Shown: positions 7,108 to 16,828 of the stretch, piece after piece
Position numbering within the stretch: position 1 is the stretch's first letter
Layout: the number at the start of each line of letters is the position of its first letter
From: a virus
Taxonomy: Duplodnaviria; Caudoviricetes
IMG/VR virus record: IMGVR_UViG_3300037423_000420
Coordinates: 1 to 35,847 of that record
Strand: one strand, 5' to 3'
Length of the DNA stretch: 35,847 bases
Notes under the pieces: generated by a model
The model's database searches: none
The model's input: the letters and a program-made list of their open reading frames with translations, nothing else
What the model was told of the DNA's origin: nothing
Made by a program: the position numbers and the translations under genes

Positions 7108-8946
7108 TTATGCTTGTGTTCCAACCACGGTGCCGTCGGTGTCGCTGATCGGCGGGGAACTCTTGATGCGCAGACGTCCAGTGCCGTCTACCCAGAAGTT
7201 GTACGAACCGAGAATCAGGCGCGAGCCGTTCCAGGCGGCGCCGTCCAGATACAGGGTCTGGTTCTTCAGGCTCAACTGGTTGCCGGCCTGCGCCGGGTTG
7301 ATGATCTGGGTAAGCGGCGTCACGTTGTTCAACGCAAAGCTGCCCAGATTCGGGCCGAGGTGGTTATGGTGGAAGTTCGCGCGCGTGCGGGCGTCCTCCG
7401 AATAGAATGCGCCACCGCTGCGGAAGTTACAGTTGCCGAAGCGGTTGTTCTGGGTCATATCGCCGGCGTTGGAGCACAGCATTTTGAGCGCCGTTCCGGT
7501 GTTGTTGATGAAGTCCACCTCCGACACCCGCGCCCATTGGACCAGGTCGAACACGATGCCGTCGGCGTTGCCGTTGCGGATCGAGCCACCGCGCACGGTG
7601 ATGCCGTCCAGGCAGTTGACCGCCTTGATCGCGTAATCCCTGCAGCCGATGAAGTCGCAGTCGATGAAGCGCACGCCCTTCAGCGCGTTGGCGATATAGA
7701 CCCCGTAACCCCATGCGAAAGCCGGATTGAAGTTTTCCCCACCGTCGTTGGCCTGGTGGATATGACATGCATGGAATTCGACATCCTGAACCGTGCGCTC
7801 TGCCAGGGAATTGCCAATAATTTTTACCTGGGTCGCATTGGCACCGATCAATACGCCGTAGAACTTGACGTTGCGGATCACGTCGTCATGCGATGACGTC
7901 GTGGTGTCGATCTGAACGCCGACGCCAGCACCGCCATATTCTGCCGAGAAGATGCTGCCGCCGAACACGCGCACGCCACCGGTCGAGATCAGCAGGCCGA
8001 TCTTGTTGTTGCCGATGTCGCAGCTGAAAATATCGGTGTCACCGGATTGGCGCGCCAAGTAGATCCCGTAGGTGGTGTTATCGCGAATCATGCAATCGCG
8101 AATCACGCCGACGCCATTTCCATACACTTCCAGGCCAATCTGGTTTTCGCGCAGGTTGACGCCGTAGACGTGGAACGACAGGCAGGTATCGAAGTGGATG
8201 GCGCGCGCGCCGCCGGTGATGTGCAGGCCTTCGACCGTGCAGTTATAGGAAAAGGCCGAGAAAAACAGCACGTCCAGGGTCGTAGCCGCTGCCTTGAGCG
8301 TAGAACCCAGTGTAGACGTCGTCCAGCTGCCGCTGTAGCCCACGCCGCGCAAGTGCACGTTCGGCTTACCGGTGATGTTGATGGTTTTGCCAACCAGGTA
8401 CACGCCAGGCAGGAATTCGATCGTTCCGCCGTTCGGACCCAGGGCATCGATCGCCGCTTGGATTGCGTCGGACACATCCAGCGAACCGACCCGGTTGGCC
8501 ACGTCCGCGCGCTGGTCATCCGTCATGTAGTCCTGGACCGTGATGCGCTCTCGGGCCTTGTCCAGGAGCGTGCGCTTCACCGCCTTGGCGCCGGCCGCAA
8601 TGAAGCCGAGCAAGCCGGAACCTACAGCGGCGGCCAACTGCGTCAGCAGCCCCCAGACGCCAGCCGGATCGGTGTTGTAGTTGTCGACCGTGTAAACCAG
8701 GTTGTCCAAGAGGTCGCGAACTTCGACCCGATAGTTTCCGCTCCAGTAAATCGGGTTGGCGGGCTCGCCGCGAACGTTCAACTGGATCGGGTTCGCTTGG
8801 GCGATGGTGCCGGCGGCGTCGGTGTATGTCGCCTTCGGGTTGCTGGTGCCGGCAGCGTAGGTGTAGACCTTGCCGCCGACCAGAGGCGTGCCCAAGGCAG
8901 ACAGAAACTGCTGCTTCGGCAGCGGCATGAGGGTAGTGGTTGGCAT
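7108..8946 (-). CDS. Tailspike / receptor-binding protein with beta-helix (pectate-lyase-like) domain
   Basis: N-terminal virion-attachment domain (GTPLVGGKVYTYAAGT...NPIQLN..GE), DVSDAIQAAID, repeated beta-helix rungs, C-terminal FWVDGTGRLRIK..P.SDTDGTVVG. Confidence 0.85.
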   Translation of the reverse strand: MPTTTLMPLPKQQFLSALGTPLVGGKVYTYAAGTSNPKATYTDAAGTIAQANPIQLNVRGEPANPIYWSGNYRVEVRDLLDNLVYTVDNYNTDPAGVWGLLTQLAAAVGSGLLGFIAAGAKAVKRTLLDKARERITVQDYMTDDQRADVANRVGSLDVSDAIQAAIDALGPNGGTIEFLPGVYLVGKTINITGKPNVHLRGVGYSGSWTTSTLGSTLKAAATTLDVLFFSAFSYNCTVEGLHITGGARAIHFDTCLSFHVYGVNLRENQIGLEVYGNGVGVIRDCMIRDNTTYGIYLARQSGDTDIFSCDIGNNKIGLLISTGGVRVFGGSIFSAEYGGAGVGVQIDTTTSSHDDVIRNVKFYGVLIGANATQVKIIGNSLAERTVQDVEFHACHIHQANDGGENFNPAFAWGYGVYIANALKGVRFIDCDFIGCRDYAIKAVNCLDGITVRGGSIRNGNADGIVFDLVQWARVSEVDFINNTGTALKMLCSNAGDMTQNNRFGNCNFRSGGAFYSEDARTRANFHHNHLGPNLGSFALNNVTPLTQIINPAQAGNQLSLKNQTLYLDGAAWNGSRLILGSYNFWVDGTGRLRIKSSPPISDTDGTVVGTQA

Positions 8947-8955
8947 CGGTGCTCC

Positions 8956-9285
8956 TTACGAGAAGTCGGTGGCCGAGTACTTGAAAGTCAGGCCGTTGCC
9001 CGAGGCCTGCACGCTCCCGCCCTTGTTCACACCCTGGCGAATCAGTTCGGGGCATGGGTACGACTCGCCCGGAGAGATCGTGCGCGCGCTGATCATGATG
9101 TTGGTCGCGTCGGGGCTACCGCCGGCCGGCACCAGCCAGACCGAAGCGGCGATCGGCGCTGCGGTCGAATTGCACAGCGTTGCGGCATTGATCACACGCT
9201 TGGTCAAGTCGGGCACGGCGACACCCTGCACAGCCGCAGCCGCCCCCAAGGCGCTGCCGTCGTGAATGTAGTTTTGGATGGTCAT
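8956..9285 (-). CDS. Small beta-rich tail-associated protein
   Basis: Between needle-like gene and tailspike; AGGA RBS. Confidence 0.6.
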   Translation of the reverse strand: MTIQNYIHDGSALGAAAAVQGVAVPDLTKRVINAATLCNSTAAPIAASVWLVPAGGSPDATNIMISARTISPGESYPCPELIRQGVNKGGSVQASGNGLTFKYSATDFS

Positions 9286-9320
9286 GGTTTTCCTATGGTG
9301 GGTAGAACAGGGTGCTGCGA

Positions 9321-10067
9321 TTACGTGCCGATGCCGACCGAGATCAGCACGGCGCGAATGCTGTTGGCCAGGGCCTGCGTCGTGGCCGGGTCAGTGGCGA
9401 CGGCGGCCAGGGCGGTGCTGCTGCGGGCGGCGAACGATCCCGACGAAGCGTATGCAGCGCTTCCCAGCGTGCCGCCGGTGCCGATGTTCAGGAAGGCGCC
9501 GTCGCTGCCGGAGAAGCCCAGCGTGTTCGATAGCGTCAGGGTCTTGCCGTCGACGCCGGCCAGCGCGATCGAGTTGGTCACCGTGAAGGTCTTCCCATCG
9601 GCTAGCGTGTACGTCGCGGCGGTGGCCGGCTGGGTGAAGGTCAGCTTGTTCAGGGTCTGGACCGTGACTGCGGTGAACTTGGCGGTGTTCGCGGTGCCGG
9701 CGCCGATCTTCCCGGGGTGCTCCCAATCCACCGGGCCCGGCACGATCGAGTGCAGCAGGCGCGCCAGGTCTTCGACACGCCGCTCAAGCGCAGCGATGCG
9801 TGCCGCAGCGGCAGCGCCGTCGCTGGCGGCCGACTGCACCGCCTGGCTTTCGATCGTGCGCGCAGTGGCCGCAACAGCGGCGTCGGTACCCGGTTCGCTG
9901 GCGACCATGGTGGCCAGCTCGCCCAGACCGAGCGCCGATGGCCCTCCCAGCCTAGTCATCGTGTCGGCCAGCGCGCGTGCAAACTCCTGCGTCATCAGCA
10001 CTTCGCCGGTCGGGCTGACGCGGCCGATTGGAATACGTGCGGGGAACAGGTTCAAGGTGGTGCCCAT
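9321..10067 (-). CDS. Probable tail needle / plug protein (gp26 position)
   Basis: Follows the gp10-like gene; coiled coil (ARIAALERRVEDL) then Thr/Gly-rich beta repeats. Confidence 0.55.
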   Translation of the reverse strand: MGTTLNLFPARIPIGRVSPTGEVLMTQEFARALADTMTRLGGPSALGLGELATMVASEPGTDAAVAATARTIESQAVQSAASDGAAAAARIAALERRVEDLARLLHSIVPGPVDWEHPGKIGAGTANTAKFTAVTVQTLNKLTFTQPATAATYTLADGKTFTVTNSIALAGVDGKTLTLSNTLGFSGSDGAFLNIGTGGTLGSAAYASSGSFAARSSTALAAVATDPATTQALANSIRAVLISVGIGT

Positions 10068-10069
10068 GG

Positions 10070-11494
10070 TCAGCCCTCCGGATTCACGGCGGCGCCGATG
10101 ATCACGCGCTTTACCGGGTCGCTGATGGTCACGCGATACACACGGTCACGCGCGCGGCCCAGGCGCGTCCAGAAGACCCGGGCGCGGTATTGGCCGATGC
10201 GGCCCAGGCTGGCGGCGCGCTGGCTGCTCCAGGTGTGGCCGCCGTCGTCCGACCAGTCCAGCAGCACAACCGGCGCGGCGCCCTGGCCGGTTATCAGGCC
10301 CACGCCGGTTTCGAAGTCGACCTGCAGGCGGTTATGGATCACCCAGGAATAATCCGGCCCGCTGATATGTGCGGCGGCGCGGATCGCCGGCAGCGGGTCG
10401 GTGCCGTCTTGGTAGTAGTCGAGGTCGAGCGCGTACAGCGCGCCGGTCTCGTAGTCGCCCACGACGTTCTGGCCGGCGTAATACATATGACAGTTCGAAC
10501 GGTGGCGGCCCAGCTTGCCGTTCGCCGGGTTCAGGTAGGCGCGCTGATGCCACAGCTGCGTGGCGGCGTCATAGACCCAAGTGGCCCCGCCGGTCGGGAA
10601 GCTGATCACGTAGAAGGTGTGGCCCTCCTGCTGGTAGGCGTAGGCGATCGCGTCGGCGATGGTGTCGTATTGCGCAATGGCGTACTCGATCGCGTCGGTG
10701 GAAACCCGCTGGGGCGTGTAGCCGTTCAGGCGCCAGATGATGCCGCCGCCGTCCGCGTTCTTCCCAAGCCAGAACACGCTGTTGTCCATGGACGCCACTG
10801 AACGCGGCGCGGCGCATCCCTGTTCAATGGCGGCATTGCCGTCGCGCGCGAAGGGGAAGTCCACATCACCGGATGCGCGCCAGATCTCGGCCACGGTTTC
10901 CTTGAAAATGACAATTTCGCCGTGGTTCACCAGCAGGCGCACGATCGGTTCGTAGTTACTTTCGGCACTGGCAAAGTCGAGCGCGTCGAAGGTGATCTCG
11001 TTCGATCCGCTGATGTAAAACTGGTTGGTGCCGGGCCGGTTGAAGATGGCGAAGGTATCGAGAATGTCGGCGCTGCCGGCGCCGTAAAAAGCGTCGTCGG
11101 TGATCTGGGTCACGGTGTTGGCGGACAGGTCCACAAGGTACCCGGCGTTCCCCGTGACGATCACCGCCTGCGTGCCGTTGTCCGTAATGTCGACCGGCGT
11201 GGCCAGGCCGTCGACCGCGCCGATCTTTGAAAGCACAAACGACTTGCTGAGCCGGTACACGAAGCCACCGGCGACCACCAGGGCGTCGCTGCCATTGGTG
11301 GGCACATGCAGACCGCGCACCGGGCCAGATGGCGCAGAGACAAGCGGCCGCAGGCCCGGCGTGCCGTACAGCGCGCTGACCGCCTTGGCAGTGCCGGATT
11401 CGCCCAGCACCGGGAACAGGTTGATGCAGGCCTGCGCGTCCAGGTTGCTGCTGCGCGCCTGGTAGGAAGCGCCGACGAACGGAATCTGCGGCAT
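10070..11494 (-). CDS. Tail hub / packaged DNA stabilization protein (P22 gp10-like)
   Basis: 474 aa; GTPGL, SDDGGHTWS, LGRIGQYRARVFWTRLGRARDRVYRVTISDPVK. Confidence 0.9.
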   Translation of the reverse strand: MPQIPFVGASYQARSSNLDAQACINLFPVLGESGTAKAVSALYGTPGLRPLVSAPSGPVRGLHVPTNGSDALVVAGGFVYRLSKSFVLSKIGAVDGLATPVDITDNGTQAVIVTGNAGYLVDLSANTVTQITDDAFYGAGSADILDTFAIFNRPGTNQFYISGSNEITFDALDFASAESNYEPIVRLLVNHGEIVIFKETVAEIWRASGDVDFPFARDGNAAIEQGCAAPRSVASMDNSVFWLGKNADGGGIIWRLNGYTPQRVSTDAIEYAIAQYDTIADAIAYAYQQEGHTFYVISFPTGGATWVYDAATQLWHQRAYLNPANGKLGRHRSNCHMYYAGQNVVGDYETGALYALDLDYYQDGTDPLPAIRAAAHISGPDYSWVIHNRLQVDFETGVGLITGQGAAPVVLLDWSDDGGHTWSSQRAASLGRIGQYRARVFWTRLGRARDRVYRVTISDPVKRVIIGAAVNPEG

Positions 11495-13503
11495 CAGTCG
11501 CCCCCCTTCCCGGCCAGGTCCTTCAGGTTCGGATTTATCGCGTCGCGCACCTTGCGGCGGGTATTCGCGGAGTGGATCTGGTCCGTCGTGTACTTGACCA
11601 CCTTACCCAGCACGGGTGTCGCCTTCGTATAGGCGGCGATATCGTCCAGCTTGCGCATCAGTGCGCTGGCCGTGTTCGAGCTGTTCACCGTGCCGCTCGG
11701 GCTGGTGTAGATGTCGATCGCGACATCGCGCAGGTCTCGGATCTGCTCGGCCCCCTTCTTCCCGAAGATGACGTCCAGCTTTCCGTCCTTGTCGAGCTCG
11801 CGCACAATGGCGTCGATCTTGGCCGGCGAGCCGGTGCGCGCGCCCGTGCTGTCCACGTTCAAGTTCTTCTGCATTTCGTCCTTGATGTGGTTGATCACGG
11901 CGCCACGGAGGTCGCGCGCGGCCTGCTGGCCGGCAGCGATAACTTCCGGCGCAGCGCTGGCCGGGTGCGCCTCAAGCACACGAAAGACGTGGCGCACATC
12001 GTCGGTGCTGCCGTTCAAGATGGCGTGATTGAAAACGTCTTCGTAGGCGACAGCCCGGTCCTTCGTGCCCGGCTTCGTGCGCAGGGCTTTGGCGATCACG
12101 TCGCGGTTTTCGAATTCGTTGGCGTAGTTCTCGTAGGCACGGCGGGCCTGGCGGAACAGGTCGCCACCCTTGCCTTCCTGGGCAGCGTCGATAATGTTCT
12201 TCGCCTCCTTCCCGAACACGACATTCGGCGTACCCGGCTCGGACAGTTTGCCGATCGCTTGGCGTAGATCTTCCGAGGCCTCCAGCGTCATCACCGTGCG
12301 CGCAGGGTTCTTGGTGAGAGTGCGCAGGTCGACCGTTCCGCCCTGCACCTGGGCGTTCTGTTTCAGCTCGCTCTCGATCGTGCTGATGATGGGCGCCAGG
12401 CGGTCCTTGCCCTTGTTCCGCTTGATCCATTCGGCCAGCGCTGTCACGTCGACCGGCTGCGCCAGCTCGCCGGCCTCGCGTGCTTTCTGGTACAACGTGT
12501 TGATCTCGGCTCGCTTGGCGGTGTCTTTCGCGTCCAGCGCAGACACGACCGACTTGCCGACCTCACGGGCGCTGTAGGCCTGGGCGCCGGTTTCGTCGGC
12601 GAAAGCATCGAGGTTTTGGCCGAATTGTGCGTTCTGGTCTTCGTAGTGCGATGCCAGCGGCGCGCCTTCCTTCTGCTTCGCGGTCTCGCGTTCGAAAGCG
12701 ACCTGCGTGCGGTCGCGGGTCAGCTGGCCTTTCGTCAGCTTGATGGGTGCCGGCAGCGCAGCGGCACGCTGAGCGCGCACGGTGGCGTCGGTCGCGGCGG
12801 CCGCACCGACACCGGACAGCTGAGACGGCGCGCGCACCAGGTCGCGCAGGCTCGGGCCCTTCGTGGCCACGGCAGCGGCGTCGGCAGCGTTCTGGGTGGC
12901 GGCGGTGGCTGCTGCAGCACCACGCACGGCGCGCGTCGCGTTGCCAGCGGCATTGGCCGCGGCGTTCAACTCGGGCAGTGCCAGGCCGCCGATCCCGCTA
13001 CGCTCGATGGCATGGCCGACCAGCTGGGTCAGGTTCGCGCCGGTCTGCGTGCGCGGTTGGTAGGTGCCAGCCTGCGCCACCTTGCCGGCCAGTTCTTCGC
13101 CTTCGTTAATGCCCTGCTGGGTGCCGAATTTGCCGCCGGTGATGGTCTTGGCGGCGCCGGCCGCCGCACCGGCCAGGCTACTGATCGCGCCGGTGGCCAT
13201 CGTGACCGGCACTTCGACCACGCCCAGCACCTTGTCGAACACGTCGCCGGCCGTACCTTTCTTGCCCAGCAGGACGTCGACGCCGTTAATCGGGCGCTCT
13301 TCCTTCACCGGCATGCGCGGGCGCTCTGGGCGGCCCTGGCCATCGTAGCCGGGCACGCCGGCCAGCTGCGGGTTCGGTGGGGCCTCGCCGCCCAGCTTCG
13401 ACACGTCGTAACCGTTGCGCGCCAGCTTGTCGGTCAGTTCGGCTTTCGTGATGTTGTCGGGCACGCCGCGGATAACGGTGCCGTCAGGCAGTCGGACGTC
13501 CAT
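11494..13503 (-). CDS. Large DNA ejection protein (gp16-like position)
   Basis: 669 aa, Ala-rich helical; N-terminal VRLPDGTVIRGVPD; third of three ejection-type genes. Confidence 0.65.
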   Translation of the reverse strand: MDVRLPDGTVIRGVPDNITKAELTDKLARNGYDVSKLGGEAPPNPQLAGVPGYDGQGRPERPRMPVKEERPINGVDVLLGKKGTAGDVFDKVLGVVEVPVTMATGAISSLAGAAAGAAKTITGGKFGTQQGINEGEELAGKVAQAGTYQPRTQTGANLTQLVGHAIERSGIGGLALPELNAAANAAGNATRAVRGAAAATAATQNAADAAAVATKGPSLRDLVRAPSQLSGVGAAAATDATVRAQRAAALPAPIKLTKGQLTRDRTQVAFERETAKQKEGAPLASHYEDQNAQFGQNLDAFADETGAQAYSAREVGKSVVSALDAKDTAKRAEINTLYQKAREAGELAQPVDVTALAEWIKRNKGKDRLAPIISTIESELKQNAQVQGGTVDLRTLTKNPARTVMTLEASEDLRQAIGKLSEPGTPNVVFGKEAKNIIDAAQEGKGGDLFRQARRAYENYANEFENRDVIAKALRTKPGTKDRAVAYEDVFNHAILNGSTDDVRHVFRVLEAHPASAAPEVIAAGQQAARDLRGAVINHIKDEMQKNLNVDSTGARTGSPAKIDAIVRELDKDGKLDVIFGKKGAEQIRDLRDVAIDIYTSPSGTVNSSNTASALMRKLDDIAAYTKATPVLGKVVKYTTDQIHSANTRRKVRDAINPNLKDLAGKGGD

Positions 13504-14915
13504 TATTTGAGGCTCCCGAAGTCGACCACCTTGCCGGCGCCGGCCGGCGGTGCGCCGTGGTCGCCGCCCTTGCCGCTGACTTCACCGCGCAGGCCTTCAC
13601 GCACCTGTTTCGGCGCGCGCTGGGCGGCGGCGATCTCCTGCAGCATCTGGTTCACGATCGCCTTGTAGGCTTCGTGACTCTTCGCCGTAGACAGCAGTTC
13701 GCGGGCGTGTTCGTTGTCGGACACGGTGGCCTTGCCGCCGCGCGCCATCGCGCCAGCGTAGGCGGTGGCCAGGCCGATATTCGCGGTCGCAAACTCGTTC
13801 AGGGCCGGGTCGTTGGTCTGGTTGTTGAACATCACCTGGGCGCGACCGAACGGCAGGAAGCCCGACCGGACCACCTTTTCCGATGCCGACAGCGCCAGCG
13901 GCGCCAGCTGGGCGGCCTCGGCGGCGGCGTTCTCGATGCGCGCGCTGATCGTGTTGGCGGTGCGCAGGCCGGCGGTCTGGCCCTGGAAGTCGGCCATGCG
14001 CGCGGCAATGTCTTCGCCGCCCAGGCCTTGGGCCTTCGCCTCGGTGGTGATCGCCTTGCGCAGCGCCACCAGGTTCGCCGAGCCCTGCGCGCCGCGGCCC
14101 AGGTTCTGCAGCACCGACTTGTCGCCGCGCAGGTACTGCTTCGCCATCATGCCCAGCGTGTCGCCATCCAGGCTTGCTTCGGTGTCGCCCTTCGCGTCCT
14201 GGCGCGCACCGATCATTTCCTGGACCTTGATCGCGTTGGCGCGGTTGGCGCGGCCCTCGGCGGCCACGCGGTCGTTCGTCGCCTTGTTGTCGGGGCTCTG
14301 GGTCTTGTCGATGGTCGACAACGTGGTGGTCGTGTTCGTCAGCGGGTTGGTCGCGATGGTCTGGACCTGGCCGCCGGTGTCGCGGGTCTCGATCTTGGAC
14401 AGCTGATCCTTCACGCCCAGCGCGGCGGCGTAGGCCTGGTTTGCCATGTCCCCTACTTTGTCGGGCGCGGCGTCGATCTTCGCGTGGTACTGCGCCACCT
14501 GGTCGGGCGTGTAGACGCCCTGATCACCCAGCCACTGGATCGCGGCCTTGGCATTGTCGACAGTCGGGAACTGGCGCACGTAGCCGAAGGCCTGGCCGGT
14601 CAGGTCCACTTTCTTGTGCGCGGTCTCGATCTGCTTGGCCATGGTCTCGGCGCCGGCTTTCGCCTGGTCGGCTTGCGCCTTCGCTTCGGCGGCATAGGCC
14701 TTAGGCGATACAGCGGCCAGGGCGGACAGGCGCGCGGCGCCATCGGTCGGGTTAGCGGCATAGGCGGCGCGGGCGGCCTGATCATCGGCGCGCGCCATGT
14801 CGGCGGCGTCGGCCTTCGCGGCCAGGTCGCGCAGCGTGTAGGCCTTGGTCTGCAGGTCGACCGGATCAGCGAACTGCGGCAGCGCGGCCTGAAGTGCTAC
14901 GAGTGGTTGCGGCAT
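13503..14915 (-). CDS. DNA ejection protein (gp20-like position)
   Basis: 470 aa, Ala/Gln-rich helical; synteny; TAATG coupling to the next gene. Confidence 0.65.
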   Translation of the reverse strand: MPQPLVALQAALPQFADPVDLQTKAYTLRDLAAKADAADMARADDQAARAAYAANPTDGAARLSALAAVSPKAYAAEAKAQADQAKAGAETMAKQIETAHKKVDLTGQAFGYVRQFPTVDNAKAAIQWLGDQGVYTPDQVAQYHAKIDAAPDKVGDMANQAYAAALGVKDQLSKIETRDTGGQVQTIATNPLTNTTTTLSTIDKTQSPDNKATNDRVAAEGRANRANAIKVQEMIGARQDAKGDTEASLDGDTLGMMAKQYLRGDKSVLQNLGRGAQGSANLVALRKAITTEAKAQGLGGEDIAARMADFQGQTAGLRTANTISARIENAAAEAAQLAPLALSASEKVVRSGFLPFGRAQVMFNNQTNDPALNEFATANIGLATAYAGAMARGGKATVSDNEHARELLSTAKSHEAYKAIVNQMLQEIAAAQRAPKQVREGLRGEVSGKGGDHGAPPAGAGKVVDFGSLK

Positions 14916-14928
14916 AGTGGGGTTCCTC

Positions 14929-15642
14929 TCAATACAGGACGTTGGCGACAGTGCCGCTGGCGGTGCCAGTGGCCGGGGTCTTCGGCAGCAGGGACTGCAG
15001 GGCGACGTAGTTGCCGACCTGGCCCAGCGCGCCGTTGATGGCGTTGCCGGTACCGACGTATCCCGACGCGCGTGCGGTGCCAGCGTCCTGGATGGCCTGG
15101 CCGACCTGGCCGACAGCCTGCGCTCCAGCTGCTGCGGTCTGGTTCACGGCGGTCTGGCCGATGCCGGCGACGCTGGCCAGCCGGTTGAATCGGGTGCTGA
15201 CGTCGTTGTTGTAGCGGTCGTAGGCCTTGCCATATTCCTGGCTGGCTTGATCGCTGTTGAAGCGCGCCAGGGCCTTCAGGGTGGCGCCGGAATAGCGCGA
15301 ACCGCGGGCAGCAGATGCGCGCTCAATGCCCTTTTCGCCTTCCGACAGGCGGAATGCATAGCCGGGGTCGGCCTGATAGTCGGCCATGCTGAAGGGCCGC
15401 ATGTATTCGCCGCCAGGTTGCAGCCCGCCGGTCAGGGACGACAGCGCCGCGGTGCCAGCAGCGCGCCATGGCGCCTGGTCTTCCCGGGTCTGCTGGTACT
15501 GCTGCCAGGTGAGATCTGCAGCGCGGTCGGCAGATGCCGCTTGCGTGTTGGCGGCCGACTTCGCGCCGTTGGCGGCGATCAAGCCGCCGGCCAGGGCCGA
15601 GCCGGCGACTACGTATGTTGCGGCGCTGATGCCGAAAGCCAT
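14929..15642 (-). CDS. DNA ejection/pilot protein (gp7-like)
   Basis: Gly/Ala-rich N-terminus; DPGYAFRLSEG..ASAARG..SGATLKAL; start trimmed to the ATG at 15642 (AGGGG RBS). Confidence 0.75.
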   Translation of the reverse strand: MAFGISAATYVVAGSALAGGLIAANGAKSAANTQAASADRAADLTWQQYQQTREDQAPWRAAGTAALSSLTGGLQPGGEYMRPFSMADYQADPGYAFRLSEGEKGIERASAARGSRYSGATLKALARFNSDQASQEYGKAYDRYNNDVSTRFNRLASVAGIGQTAVNQTAAAGAQAVGQVGQAIQDAGTARASGYVGTGNAINGALGQVGNYVALQSLLPKTPATGTASGTVANVLY

Positions 15643-16112
15643 GGTTTTTCCCCTTGATGTTCGATTGCGGTGCGGTTTTCCAGCAGATCGCTGTATTTCG
15701 ATGTGGTCAGGCGCTCCACCAGCACTTCCATGTCCTGGCAGTCGTCCGGGTTCGGGTGCACGGTGGTCCAGACGGTTTCCTCGAGCGCGTAGCCGGCGCG
15801 CTTGGTGCCGGGCTCTGACCAAAATTCGTAAGGGCCGACCAGCTCACGCATGCCCTGCTCTGTCCAGACGACGATTCGGCCGCGGCTGATGATGTTCAGG
15901 TGCCGGGTCTTGTGCTCAGCGCCGGTCAGCACCACGCCGGCCGGGATGGTCATCTCGCGGCGATACTCGCCTGGCGTGAACAGGTTTCGCACAGGGCATT
16001 CGGCCTGCCGTGGGGCCATGAGCATCGCCAGCTCGAGATCGAGGATGCGCGCGCGCAGCGCAACGGCCGTCAGGGGTGCCAGCAGGCCGGAGTAGGTCAC
16101 GGCGATGTTCAT
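15609..16112 (-). CDS. Hypothetical protein, cupin-like beta-barrel
   Basis: FTPGEYRREMTIPAGVVLTGAEHKTRHLNIISRG...PGTKRAGYALEETVWTTVH; ATGA overlap. Confidence 0.65.
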   Translation of the reverse strand: MNIAVTYSGLLAPLTAVALRARILDLELAMLMAPRQAECPVRNLFTPGEYRREMTIPAGVVLTGAEHKTRHLNIISRGRIVVWTEQGMRELVGPYEFWSEPGTKRAGYALEETVWTTVHPNPDDCQDMEVLVERLTTSKYSDLLENRTAIEHQGEKPWLSASAPQHT

Positions 16113-16825
16113 GCGCCGTCCCGCCAGTTCACGCTACAGCCGCTGCCAGAGGCGTCCAGGTCCGCGACCTCGCTGCGCATCATTACCGGCTCGATGTTGG
16201 AGCGCTTGACGCTTCCCAGCGCACCGGCCAGATCGTCCTTCAGGTTCTGCAGCTCCTGTGGTCCCATGCCCGGGTAATCGGTGCGCAGCTCCCAGGCCAG
16301 CATCAGCCGAATCAGCCGGCGATAGCCCGGGGGCATGTCAAAGGTGTCGGTCAGCGCCGCCGCGGCAGTGAACTGCTTGCGCTGGCTGAGCGTCAGCACG
16401 CCCGCCTGGTACGGCGCCGGGTACAGCTGCAAGGTGGCGTTCGGGTACCCGTTGTCGTAGGCAGCCCAGCACGGCACGCCCGTGGTCTGCTTCACTGCCA
16501 GCGCGTCGTATTCCGCCTGGGGCACCAAGTCGACCGGATAATCCACGTCGTGGAAGGTAACGCGCGCCGAGTCGACGGAATTCATCGACAGCGGACGCTG
16601 GCCGGCGCCACCCGGGCCGACCAGGTAGGTCGACTGGTTTGCCACCAGCGGCACCACGGCGTCGACACTGGCGTACACGGCCAGGTTCTGGATCGACAAT
16701 GCCTCGAGCACGTCGTTGAACTTGTCGAGCGCGTCGGTGGTCATGTCAGCGCCCGGGTTCTCGCCAACGGCCAGCGCCTTGACGGTGACCAGGGCGGCCG
16801 TGATCAGGTCCAGAACCGCGGCCAT
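16109..16825 (-). CDS. Head-to-tail adaptor (P22 gp4-like)
   Basis: LDLITAAL..VKALAVGENP...DALDKFNDVL; position after head genes. Confidence 0.7.
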   Translation of the reverse strand: MAAVLDLITAALVTVKALAVGENPGADMTTDALDKFNDVLEALSIQNLAVYASVDAVVPLVANQSTYLVGPGGAGQRPLSMNSVDSARVTFHDVDYPVDLVPQAEYDALAVKQTTGVPCWAAYDNGYPNATLQLYPAPYQAGVLTLSQRKQFTAAAALTDTFDMPPGYRRLIRLMLAWELRTDYPGMGPQELQNLKDDLAGALGSVKRSNIEPVMMRSEVADLDASGSGCSVNWRDGA

Positions 16826-16828
16826 GGC

